Program-made: the position numbers and the translations under genes | Notes under the pieces: generated by a model | Database searches by the model: none | The model's input: only the letters and a program-made list of their open reading frames with translations | Told to the model about the DNA's origin: nothing | DNA from: a bacterium | GTDB taxonomy: Bacteria; Verrucomicrobiota; Verrucomicrobiia; Limisphaerales; RI-55 | Direction of reading: 5' to 3' | DNA length: 64,000 nt | NCBI GenBank assembly: GCA_031362805.1 | Contig: JANLTG010000215.1 | Coordinates: 13,522 to 77,521 of the forward strand | In this document: one piece after another, positions 38,965 to 48,018 of the stretch | Numbering within the stretch: position 1 is the stretch's first letter | Layout: each line of letters opens with the position of its first letter

Positions 38965-40155
38965 ATGTCCATCTTCAATCCCCGGAAAACTCAACGCGGC
39001 AGTGCGGTTTGTGCGATTGCCCCGCTCGCCGCCGCCGCCGCCCTGGCCCTCGTCGGCTGCAAGCCGGCCGCTGACTCTGGTGCTGGACCGGCGCCGGCCA
39101 CGATCAAAGTCGGCGAATACGCGTCGCTGACCGGCAGCGAGGCGGCGTTTGGCCAGTCGTCCCACAAGGGCACCCTGCTGGCCATCGAAGAAGTCAACCA
39201 GGCGGGCGGGGTCCTCGGGAAGCAGATCGAACTGGTCACCGAAGACAACCAGTCCAAGGCCGGCGAGTCCGCGACCATCGTCAAGAAGTTCATCAGCCGC
39301 GACAAAGTGGTGGCCGTGCTCGGTGAGGTGGCTTCCGGGCGGTCGCTTGAAGCCGGCCCCATCTGCCAGGCCGCTGGCATTCCCATGGTTTCGCCGTCGT
39401 CCACCAACCCGAAGGTCACGCAGGTCGGTGACTACATCTTCCGAGTCTGCTTCATTGATTCCTTCCAGGGGAAATTGATCGCGGACTTCGCGCAGAAGAC
39501 GCTCAAGGCCAAACGCGTCGCCATTCTCTTCGATGTCTCGCAAGCCTACTCGGTCGGGCTGGCGGAGTTCTTCGCGCAACCCTTCGTCGCCGGTGGTGGC
39601 GAGATCATCGCAAAACTCAACTTCACTTCCGCCGACAAGGATTTCCGCGCGCAACTCACCAACCTCAAGGCCCTCAATCCCGACGCGATCTGCGTGCCCG
39701 CGTACTATGGACCGGTCGGCCTGATCGTGAAGCAGGCGCGCGAGCTGGGCATCATGGTGCCGATCTTCGGCGGCGACGGTTGGGAAGCACCCGAACTGAT
39801 CGAACTGGCCGGCGGCGAGGCGCTGAAGAACACCTACTACTCGACGCACTTCTCGCCCGCGCAGGACACGCCGTCGGCGAAGAAGTTCGTCGCGGCGTTC
39901 AAAGCGAAGTTCAACGGCGAAGTGCCCGACGCGATGGCCGCGCTGGGCTACGACTCGGCCCTCGCGTTGATCGAGGCGATCAAGAAGGCCGGCTCGGCCG
40001 AGTCCGCGAAGATCAAGGAAGCGCTCAAGACCACTGATTTCACGGGCGCCACGGGCCGCACGTTGCTCGACGCCAACCGCGACGCCACCAAGCCGGCGGT
40101 CATCATCACGGTCGAGAACAACGCATTCAAGTTTCTGCAAACGGTCGAGCCTTGA
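38965..40155 (+). CDS. Branched-chain amino acid ABC transporter substrate-binding lipoprotein (paralog 1)
   Basis: ATG at 38965 gives a lipobox ...ALALVGC. IKVGEYASLTGSEAAFG and the periplasmic binding protein type I pattern. Confidence 0.8.
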   Translation: MSIFNPRKTQRGSAVCAIAPLAAAAALALVGCKPAADSGAGPAPATIKVGEYASLTGSEAAFGQSSHKGTLLAIEEVNQAGGVLGKQIELVTEDNQSKAGESATIVKKFISRDKVVAVLGEVASGRSLEAGPICQAAGIPMVSPSSTNPKVTQVGDYIFRVCFIDSFQGKLIADFAQKTLKAKRVAILFDVSQAYSVGLAEFFAQPFVAGGGEIIAKLNFTSADKDFRAQLTNLKALNPDAICVPAYYGPVGLIVKQARELGIMVPIFGGDGWEAPELIELAGGEALKNTYYSTHFSPAQDTPSAKKFVAAFKAKFNGEVPDAMAALGYDSALALIEAIKKAGSAESAKIKEALKTTDFTGATGRTLLDANRDATKPAVIITVENNAFKFLQTVEP

Positions 40156-40170
40156 GGCGAACCCAAGCGC

Positions 40171-41346
40171 ATGAATCACATTGCCTTTGCCGTCCGCCGC
40201 GTCCGAGTGGGATCGATCGGATTGCTGTTGGTTCTGATCGTTGCCACGACGGGCGGCTGTGATCGCCCAACCGCTTCCTCCAAAGCCAGCGATCCCATTC
40301 GCATTGGCCAGCTCGCTTCGTTGACCGGCCGGCAGGCGAGCCTTGGTCAATACAGTCACGCTGGCTCCGTCGCCGCCGTGAAGGAATTGAATGCGGCCGG
40401 CGGCGTTCTCGGACGCCAGATCGAACTGATCACCGAGGATCTCCGCTCGAACTCCGGCGAGGCCGCCACGGCGGTTCGCAAGCTGATCTCCCGCGATGGT
40501 GTGGTCGCCATGATCTCCAGCGGAACGTCCGGCCAGGCGTTGGAGGCTGGTCCCTTCTGCCAGCAACAGGGGATTCCCATGGTCTGCGACGGAGCCACCG
40601 CCCAGGAAGTGACGGCGATGGGCGACGCCATCTTCCGCGTGTGTTTCACCGATCCGTTTCAAGGCACGGTGATGGCCCGGTTCGCCCGCGAGAACTTGAA
40701 GATCCAGCGCATCGGCCTGCTGGTCGATTCGAGTTCACACTACAGCGTCGGGCTGGCCGACTTCTTCAAGCGGCGGTTCCTCGCCGACGGCGGCACGATC
40801 GTCGGTGAACAGAAATACTCCGGTGGCGATCGCGACTTCCGGCCGCAGCTCACCGCGCTCAAGGCCGCGCAGCCCGAGGCGCTGTTCATCCCCGGTTTGT
40901 ATGCGGAGACGGGTTTGATCCTGCCGCAAGCTCGCGAGCTGGGTTTCACCGGAACCATGCTGGGTGGCGACGGCTGGGAGGCGCCCGAACTGTTGCAGCT
41001 CGCGGACAAGTCAGCGGAAGGCGGCTACTTTCCAGTGCATTTTTCCACGGCATCTCCCACTCCTCGGGTCCGGGAATGGATGCAGCGAGTCGCGGCGGAA
41101 TTCGGCCGTGAACCGAACGGCATCACCGCCCTGGGCTACGATGCCGTGATGTTGCTGGCGGATGCGATTCGCCGCGCCGGCACGACGGACCCCGCTGCGA
41201 TTCGTTCCGCCCTGGCGACGACGAAAGACTTCGACGGATTGACGGGCCGCATCACTCTCGATGCCCAGCGCAACGCGCAAAAGCCGGCCGTCATCGTCAA
41301 GATCGAGGACGGTGCGTTCAAGTTTTTGCAGACAGTGGAGCCTTGA
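40171..41346 (+). CDS. Branched-chain amino acid ABC transporter substrate-binding lipoprotein (paralog 2)
   Basis: Lipobox VATTGGC. IRIGQLASLTGRQASLG. The C-terminus ...KPAVIVKIEDGAFKFLQTVEP parallels paralog 1 (...KPAVIITVENNAFKFLQTVEP). Confidence 0.8.
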   Translation: MNHIAFAVRRVRVGSIGLLLVLIVATTGGCDRPTASSKASDPIRIGQLASLTGRQASLGQYSHAGSVAAVKELNAAGGVLGRQIELITEDLRSNSGEAATAVRKLISRDGVVAMISSGTSGQALEAGPFCQQQGIPMVCDGATAQEVTAMGDAIFRVCFTDPFQGTVMARFARENLKIQRIGLLVDSSSHYSVGLADFFKRRFLADGGTIVGEQKYSGGDRDFRPQLTALKAAQPEALFIPGLYAETGLILPQARELGFTGTMLGGDGWEAPELLQLADKSAEGGYFPVHFSTASPTPRVREWMQRVAAEFGREPNGITALGYDAVMLLADAIRRAGTTDPAAIRSALATTKDFDGLTGRITLDAQRNAQKPAVIVKIEDGAFKFLQTVEP

Positions 41347-41378
41347 ACCTGGCTGGCATTGGTGGCTACTTTGCGCAC

Positions 41379-41579
41379 ATGAAGCAGCAGCCAATGACCG
41401 TGGAGCTTCCGCCCGAACTCGCTGCGCGATTGCGCGCCTACATCGCGGAAGGCTGGGCGGCGAGCGCCGAAGAGGTGGTGGCGGAAGCGACCCGTCGGTA
41501 TCTGTGGACTCATCGACCGGAAGTTGTTGAGCGTCATTTGCGGGAAGACGTCGCCATGGCCCTGCGCGATGGCAAATGA
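41379..41579 (+). CDS. Putative ribbon-helix-helix antitoxin
   Basis: ATG at 41379. MTVELPPELAARLRAYIAEGWAASAEEVVAEATRRYL fits an RHH beta-strand plus two helices. ATGA overlap with the PIN gene. Confidence 0.5.
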   Translation: MKQQPMTVELPPELAARLRAYIAEGWAASAEEVVAEATRRYLWTHRPEVVERHLREDVAMALRDGK

Positions 41580-42073
41580 GTCACGCCGTGCTTTTGGATG
41601 CCGGTCCGTTGATTCATCTCGACGAACTGGGTTGCCTCAGCCTGTTCGCCACGCTGGGTGAACTCTTGATACCCGCCGAAGTTTGGTCGGAGACATTCGC
41701 CCACCGACCAGCCCTCCGCCTCGAAGACGTGCCTCAAGCCCGAATTCTGGACGCCGCGCCCGCTCCGTCCGTGGAGCTACGCTACCGGTTACGGCATTTC
41801 AATCTGGACGAGGGTGAAGCGGCGGCTCTCTCATGGCTTGAAACCCTGCGTGGTGGAATCCTTGTTTCCGACGATGGCGAAGCGCGAGATGCCGCAAGAG
41901 AATTGAACTTCAAAGTGATTGGCACACTGGGAATCATTGTCCGAGCCAGCCGCCGGGGTGTGATTTCAATTGCCCAGGCCCGGGGTCATTTCGCGCGCAT
42001 TCGAGCCGACTCCAGTCTGCATGTGTCGGCCCAACTGCTGGCTGAATTGATCGCAGCGCTACCCACCGAATGA
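41576..42073 (+). CDS. PIN-domain protein of the DUF3368 type (putative toxin)
   Basis: 165 aa. VLLDAGPLIHLDELGCLSL...LIPAEVWSE...LDEGEAAALSW...ILVSDDGEARDAAREL...VIGTLGIIVRA follows the DUF3368/COG2405 pattern. Confidence 0.7.
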   Translation: MSHAVLLDAGPLIHLDELGCLSLFATLGELLIPAEVWSETFAHRPALRLEDVPQARILDAAPAPSVELRYRLRHFNLDEGEAAALSWLETLRGGILVSDDGEARDAARELNFKVIGTLGIIVRASRRGVISIAQARGHFARIRADSSLHVSAQLLAELIAALPTE

Positions 42074-43002
42074 GTGAGTTCCTCCAACAGCTGCTCAACG
42101 GCATCAACCTTGGCGCCATCTACGCGCTCATCGCGTTGGGCTACACGATGGTGTATGGCGTCCTGCGCTTCATTAACTTCGCCCACAGCGATGTCTTCAT
42201 GGTTGGAGCCTTCGTGGGTTACTACGCCGGACAAAAGTGGGGATTCCCCACCGGCTCCATCGGCGGCGGCCTGCTGGTCCTCATCACGGCGATGGCCGTC
42301 TGCGCGGCATTGGGAGTTACGGTTGAGCGTCTCGCTTACAAGCCGTTGCGTGGTCGATCGACGTTGACCGTCCTCATTACCGCCATCGGCGTTTCACTCC
42401 TGATCCAGAATGTGGCGCAGCACAGCCGGATCGGGTTTGGTCCCAATCCGAAGTCATTCCAATTCGACGGCCCCAATGGCACGCGCCACGGGCTCTTTCC
42501 TGAAACACCGATCACGCTCGGCGACCTCACTGTTTCGAGCAACCAGGTCATTATTCTCGTCGTGACGCTCGCCTTGCTGGCCGCGCTCTGGTGGATTGTG
42601 CATCGCACCAAGATCGGCACGGCCATGCGCGCCGTCTCGTTCAATGCCACCGCGGCGTCACTCGTGGGGATCAACAACAACGCCGTGATCTCATTTACCT
42701 TCGCGCTCGGCTCGGCGCTCGCGGGTGCGGGCGGCGTCCTCTACGCGATGAATTATCCAAGCATCGATCCGCTGATGGGCACATTGCCGGGGCTCAAAGC
42801 ATTTGTCGCGGCCGTGCTCGGCGGCATTGGCAACCTGCCCGGCGCGGCGCTCGGCGGGCTGTTGATCGGCATGATCGAGACCTTCGTGAAAGGCAGTCCG
42901 TTCTCGACTTACACCGACGCCATCGCCTTTGCGATCCTGATTCTGATCCTCCTGTTTCGCCCCGCCGGCTTGCTGGGGACCTTGAAGACGGAGAAAGTTT
43001 AA
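42070..43002 (+). CDS. livH: Branched-chain amino acid ABC transporter permease
   Basis: 310 aa. LLNGINLGAIYALIALGYTMVYGVLRFINFAHSD is the canonical LivH start. ATGA overlap with the PIN gene stop. Confidence 0.9.
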   Translation: MSEFLQQLLNGINLGAIYALIALGYTMVYGVLRFINFAHSDVFMVGAFVGYYAGQKWGFPTGSIGGGLLVLITAMAVCAALGVTVERLAYKPLRGRSTLTVLITAIGVSLLIQNVAQHSRIGFGPNPKSFQFDGPNGTRHGLFPETPITLGDLTVSSNQVIILVVTLALLAALWWIVHRTKIGTAMRAVSFNATAASLVGINNNAVISFTFALGSALAGAGGVLYAMNYPSIDPLMGTLPGLKAFVAAVLGGIGNLPGAALGGLLIGMIETFVKGSPFSTYTDAIAFAILILILLFRPAGLLGTLKTEKV

Positions 43003-43100
43003 GAACCACGAATGGGCAAAAAATTTAGCCGCAAAGGAACGCAGAGAACGCAAAAGGAAGAGTTTTCTTTGTGCTCTTTGCGTTCTCTTGTGGCAATTTA
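43003..43100. repeat. REP-like element inside the liv operon
   Basis: Begins g-aaccacgaatg directly after the livH stop. Hairpin aacgcagagaacgcaaa / tttgcgttctct (about 43044-43090). Confidence 0.65.
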
Positions 43101-43158
43101 TCCGGGTGCGGCGTCCGTCGCGCCAAGTTCATTTGTGTCCTTGCGCGGCTAACAAACG

Positions 43159-44118
43159 ATGTTTCCCCGCTCCCAAATCTGGCTTCTCCTCGCGCTGGCG
43201 CTCGCCGGTGGGCTGGCAGCGGTGTCAGGTAGCATTGATCCTTACTTTCTCGACGTGGCGATGGGAGTGGGCATCAACCTGATCCTCGCCGTCAGCTTGA
43301 ATCTCATCAACGGCTTCACGGGGCAGTTCTCGCTCGGGCACGCCGGGTTCATGGCGGTCGGCGCCTACACCGCCGGCACCGTGACCACTACGCTCGGCTC
43401 GAAACTTCTGCCGCTCGTCGGTGGACAACCCTGGTTGCTGTTTCCCTTCGCTCTCATCTCCGGCGGTTTGCTTGCGGCGTTGGCGGGGCTCGCGGTTGGC
43501 GCGCCTTCCCTCCGGCTCAAGGGCGATTACCTCGCCATCGTCACGCTCGGGTTCGGCGAGATCATCAAAGTCATCTTGCAGAACCTGGACTTTGTCGGGG
43601 GTGCTCGCGGCTTGACCGGCATTCCCTCCGGCATCCCGCCTTACACGCAGATCGTCACCTTCTGGACGATCGCCATGGCGGCACTGACCATTTACGTCGT
43701 GTGGGGACTGTTGAACTCGACCTATGGCCGGGGCTTTCTGGCGGTGGCCGACGACGAGATTGCCGCCGAGTCGATGGGCCTGAACACCACGCGCTACAAA
43801 ATCACCGCGTTCGTGGTCGGCTCGTTCTTCGCAGGAATTGCCGGCGGACTTTACGCGCACTTGAAAGGCTACTTGAACCCGAGCGGCTTTGATTTCAACA
43901 AGAGCATCGAGGTGGTGGTGATGGTGATCCTTGGTGGCATGGGCCGGCACGTGGGCGTGATCATCGCCGCCGTCCTTTTGACTGTCGTCCAGGAACCGCT
44001 GCGGCAGCTCGGTGATTGGCGGATGATTCTCTACGCACTGCTGCTGATCGTCCTGATGCTCACCCGTCCGCAAGGCCTCTTCACCTGGCCGTTGTGGAAA
44101 AGGAAGAAGACGACTTAG
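43159..44118 (+). CDS. livM: Branched-chain amino acid ABC transporter permease
   Basis: 319 aa. INLILAVSLNLINGFTGQFSLGHAGFMAVGAY is the LivM signature. Confidence 0.9.
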   Translation: MFPRSQIWLLLALALAGGLAAVSGSIDPYFLDVAMGVGINLILAVSLNLINGFTGQFSLGHAGFMAVGAYTAGTVTTTLGSKLLPLVGGQPWLLFPFALISGGLLAALAGLAVGAPSLRLKGDYLAIVTLGFGEIIKVILQNLDFVGGARGLTGIPSGIPPYTQIVTFWTIAMAALTIYVVWGLLNSTYGRGFLAVADDEIAAESMGLNTTRYKITAFVVGSFFAGIAGGLYAHLKGYLNPSGFDFNKSIEVVVMVILGGMGRHVGVIIAAVLLTVVQEPLRQLGDWRMILYALLLIVLMLTRPQGLFTWPLWKRKKTT

Positions 44119-44400
44119 AACCACGAATGAACACCAATTCACACGAAGCTGATTGTCGGCGGAAGGCGCTCTCACTTGGGTTCGGAGGAGGCGGTCAGCG
44201 GGGTGACGGACCGCGGGCTTGCAGCCCGCAGCGGGCGAGGATGTCCGTCGGGTACAGGGCACTCCTGCCTGCTCACGGAGCCGCTGCGGACAAAATGTCC
44301 GCGGTCCGCCCGCCCGGCTGCGTGCACCTGTCCGTCGTCCGTCATTCCCAAGCGCATCCGGTGCTCTCGAATTCGTGTCCATTCGTGTCTATTCGTGGTT
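44119..44400. repeat. 282-nt intergenic insertion with about 30-nt terminal inverted repeats built from tandem decamers (MITE/REP-like)
   Basis: Left end aaccacgaat-gaacaccaat-tcacacgaag (44119-44148). Right end attcgtgtcc-attcgtgtct-attcgtggtt (44371-44400). The reverse complement matches at 24 of 30 positions by hand count. It starts directly after the livM stop and ends 5 nt before the livG ATG. Confidence 0.7.
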
Positions 44401-44405
44401 AACTT

Positions 44406-45176
44406 ATGCAACCGCTCCTCCAACTCGACAACGTGACGATCCGCTTCGGTGGGTTGACCGCGGTGTCAGCCGTGTCCGCGACGGTGGGGGAACGCGAACT
44501 CGTCGGGCTCATCGGCCCGAACGGCGCCGGCAAGACCACAGTGTTCAACATGGTCACCGGCGTTTATCAACCGACGGAAGGCGAGATCCGGTTCACCGGC
44601 GATCGCATCTGCAACCGCAAGCCGTTCGAGATCACGGAATGCGGCATCGCCCGCACGTTTCAAAACATCCGGCTCTTCCCGAGCCTCAGCGTCTTCGACA
44701 ATGTCCGTGTCGCGTTTCATCTGCACCTCGAACACGATGCACTCCATTCGCTCACGCGCGGCCGGCGTTTCCATCAGGAGGAACGCGAGATCGCCGCTCG
44801 CACGCGGGAGTTGCTCGACATCTTCAACCTCGGCCGCGTGCGGGATGAGCCGGCCAAGTCGCTGCCGTATGGGGATCAACGCCGGCTCGAAATCATCCGC
44901 GCGCTGGCCACGCGTCCGAAGCTGTTGCTGCTCGACGAACCCGCCGCCGGCATGAACCCGACCGAGAAGGTTGAGCTCATGAAGTTGATTCGGTTCATTC
45001 AGGAGAAATTCCAGCTCGCCATCCTGCTGGTCGAGCACGACATGAAGGTGGTCATGGGCATCTGCGAACGCATTCACGTGCTGGAGTACGGGCGCAAGAT
45101 CGCCGAGGGCACGCCCGAAGAGATCCGGAACAACGAGGCGGTAATTGCGGCCTACTTGGGGAAAGAGCACGCATAG
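44406..45176 (+). CDS. livG: Branched-chain amino acid ABC transporter ATP-binding protein
   Basis: 256 aa. Walker A GPNGAGKTT, signature LPYGDQRRLEI, Walker B LLLLDEPAAG. Confidence 0.9.
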   Translation: MQPLLQLDNVTIRFGGLTAVSAVSATVGERELVGLIGPNGAGKTTVFNMVTGVYQPTEGEIRFTGDRICNRKPFEITECGIARTFQNIRLFPSLSVFDNVRVAFHLHLEHDALHSLTRGRRFHQEEREIAARTRELLDIFNLGRVRDEPAKSLPYGDQRRLEIIRALATRPKLLLLDEPAAGMNPTEKVELMKLIRFIQEKFQLAILLVEHDMKVVMGICERIHVLEYGRKIAEGTPEEIRNNEAVIAAYLGKEHA

Positions 45177-45200
45177 GCTCACACTTGGCGTCACAATCCT

Positions 45201-45904
<704 letters not shown>

Positions 45905-45908
<4 letters not shown>

Positions 45909-45995
45909 CAGCCGAGGTGACGAGGCTCTGTTTGAAGGAAATGGTCTGAACGTGGAATCTGAAATTGGAGCCTCCTCACGTCGGCTGCTACCAAT
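45905..45995. repeat. Long REP-like hairpin after livF
   Basis: gtagcagccgaggtgacgaggctc versus gagcctcctcacgtcggctgctac is a reverse complement with 2 mismatches in 24. Confidence 0.7.
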
Positions 45996-46008
45996 CTGGA
46001 TCTGCCCC

Positions 46009-46044
46009 AAAAAGAAAAACCGCGGCCACCCAAGGCGGCCGCGG
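46009..46044 (-). terminator. Rho-independent terminator of fba
   Basis: ccgcggcc (46020-46027) pairs with ggccgcgg (46037-46044). On the minus strand it is followed by tttttcttttt (46009-46019). Confidence 0.8.
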
Positions 46045-46065
46045 TCAGTTGCTTCAAATCGTCGC

Positions 46066-47031
46066 TTAATCGAAAGCGTGACCGGCGCAGCAGAGCACGT
46101 TTTTGATCTTATGGCGCACGAGGTCCTTCACCATCTTGCGCGCTGGCGAGAGGTATTTCCGCGGATCGAATTCCTTCGGGTTTTCGAAGAGCACTTTGCG
46201 GATGCCGGCGGTCATCGCCATGCGCAGGTCGGTGTCGATGTTCACCTTGGTGCAACCCACGCGGCGGGCGATCTCGATGTCGGCTTCCGGCACCCCAGCG
46301 GTATCGGTGCCCATCGCGCCGCCGTATTTGTTGATCTCTTCGGCGAGATGCTTCGGCACGCTGGAAGCGCCGTGCAACACGAGCGGATAATCACCCATGC
46401 CGGCTTCCATGAGGGCTTTCTTGATGGCTTTCAAGCGCTCGAGATCGAGGTGCTGCTCGCCCTTGAACTTGTAGGCGCCGTGGCTGTTGCCGATCGCGAC
46501 GGCCAGTGAGTCCACGCCGGATTGCTTGACGAACTGCACCGCTTCATCGGGGTGGGTGTAGGCCCCGCCCTTGGAGTAAGCGCCGCCTTCTTCGCCGTCA
46601 TCGTGCTGCGCGCCGACGAGCATGCCGAGTTCGCCTTCGACGACGCAGTTATGCTTGTGCGCGTATTCGACCACCTTGCGGCAGACTTCGACGTTTTTCT
46701 CGAACGGATCGTGCGAGGCGTCGATCATGACGCTGGTAAAACCTTCATCGATGCACTCCTTGCACAGCTCGAAGGTGTCGCCGTGATCGAGGTGAACTGC
46801 GATCGGGATGGTCGAGACGCTGACGGCGGCTTCGATAAGCTTCTTGAGGTAAACTGGGTTGGCGTATTGGCGGGCGCCCTTGGAAATCTGGAGCATCACG
46901 GGCGCTTTTTCTTCTTCGCAGGCTTCGATGATCGCCTGGAGCAGCTCCATGTTGTTCACGTTGAAAGCGCCGAGGGCGTACTTGCCCTTGAGCGCCTTGG
47001 CGAACAAGTCGGTGGTGTGTGTCAGTGGCAT
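46066..47031 (-). CDS. fba: Class II fructose-bisphosphate aldolase
   Basis: 321 aa. YALGAFNVNNMELLQAIIEA, HLDHG, VMIDASH, LVLHGASSVP motifs. Confidence 0.9.
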   Translation of the reverse strand: MPLTHTTDLFAKALKGKYALGAFNVNNMELLQAIIEACEEEKAPVMLQISKGARQYANPVYLKKLIEAAVSVSTIPIAVHLDHGDTFELCKECIDEGFTSVMIDASHDPFEKNVEVCRKVVEYAHKHNCVVEGELGMLVGAQHDDGEEGGAYSKGGAYTHPDEAVQFVKQSGVDSLAVAIGNSHGAYKFKGEQHLDLERLKAIKKALMEAGMGDYPLVLHGASSVPKHLAEEINKYGGAMGTDTAGVPEADIEIARRVGCTKVNIDTDLRMAMTAGIRKVLFENPKEFDPRKYLSPARKMVKDLVRHKIKNVLCCAGHAFD

Positions 47032-47201
47032 AATCTTTGTCGTGTAGGTTTGGGGCTCCTCTCACCAGCAGTGGCAGTGAACAGAACCGGCAGCAGGCTA
47101 GGGAAAGCCCGTGGCCGAAGGAAACAAAAAATCCAGCCTGCCGGCGGCCACGCCTGGCCATTTTGGTGACTTTTCTTGCCGGCCACGCTAGCCTGCCGCC
47201 G

Positions 47202-47945
47202 ATGTCCGAAACACTGGTGATCAACGAGATCTACGTCAGTTTGCAGGGCGAAAGCACCTTTACGGGGCTGCCGTGCATCTTCATCAGGCTTACCGCCTGC
47301 AACCTGCGCTGCTCCTATTGCGACACGGCGTATGCCTTTACTGAGGGGAAGAAACGCACTCTGGAGGAAGCGCTCGTCGACGTGCGCCGGCTCGCGCAGC
47401 CTTTCCGATCTTCCAACTCCGATCTCCCAGCGCCAAAATTTCCGCTCGTCGAATTGACCGGCGGCGAACCCTTGCTCCAGCCCAACGCCCTGCCGTTGAT
47501 GCAGCGGCTCTGCGACGACGGCTTCACGGTGCTGCTCGAGACCAGCGGCGCCCACGACATCGCGAAAGTCGATCCGCGCGTCCGGCGCATCATGGATCTC
47601 AAATGCCCGAGCAGCGGCGAAGTGGCGCGAAATCGTTGGGAGAACCTGCCGCATTTGAAGGCCACGGACGAAGTGAAGTTCGTCATCGGCACGGTCGAGG
47701 ACTATGCGTGGGCGAAGCAAGTGCTGGCCGAGCACAAGCTTGCCGCCGTCTGCCCGATCCTTTTCTCGTGGGTCGCGCCGTTGCAACCGCATCAGCAGGA
47801 CAAATCGCTCAAACCGGTGCCGGCCGGACAAACGCCCATTGCCCGGGAGCAGCTCGTCGAGCGGATCATTGCCGACGCCTTGCCGGTGCGGTTCCAACTG
47901 CAACTGCACAAGATCATCTGGCCGCCGGATCAGCGGGGGGTTTGA
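47202..47945 (+). CDS. queE: 7-carboxy-7-deazaguanine synthase (radical SAM)
   Basis: ATG at 47202. INEIYVSLQGESTFTGLPCIFIRLTACNLRCSYCDT is the QueE CxxxCxxC region. Confidence 0.85.
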   Translation: MSETLVINEIYVSLQGESTFTGLPCIFIRLTACNLRCSYCDTAYAFTEGKKRTLEEALVDVRRLAQPFRSSNSDLPAPKFPLVELTGGEPLLQPNALPLMQRLCDDGFTVLLETSGAHDIAKVDPRVRRIMDLKCPSSGEVARNRWENLPHLKATDEVKFVIGTVEDYAWAKQVLAEHKLAAVCPILFSWVAPLQPHQQDKSLKPVPAGQTPIAREQLVERIIADALPVRFQLQLHKIIWPPDQRGV

Positions 47946-48018
47946 ACGCACACGGTTCGTCTTTGCCCGCAACGCGGCGGAGCAGTTTCCAAAGACATTG
48001 GCCACCTTGACCGGTCGG

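Noticed and set aside
47032-47201. preQ1 riboswitch upstream of queE, suggested by the A-rich run ggaaacaaaaaatcc
   Set aside because: The A-run sits in the loop of a gtggccg/cggccac hairpin. No P1 stem or conserved C-containing loop of preQ1-I or preQ1-II could be drawn.
47022-48005. 327-aa minus-strand ORF that would extend the giant-gene operon
   Set aside because: It is antisense to queE, whose radical-SAM CxxxCxxC N-terminus is unambiguous, and it has no motifs of its own.
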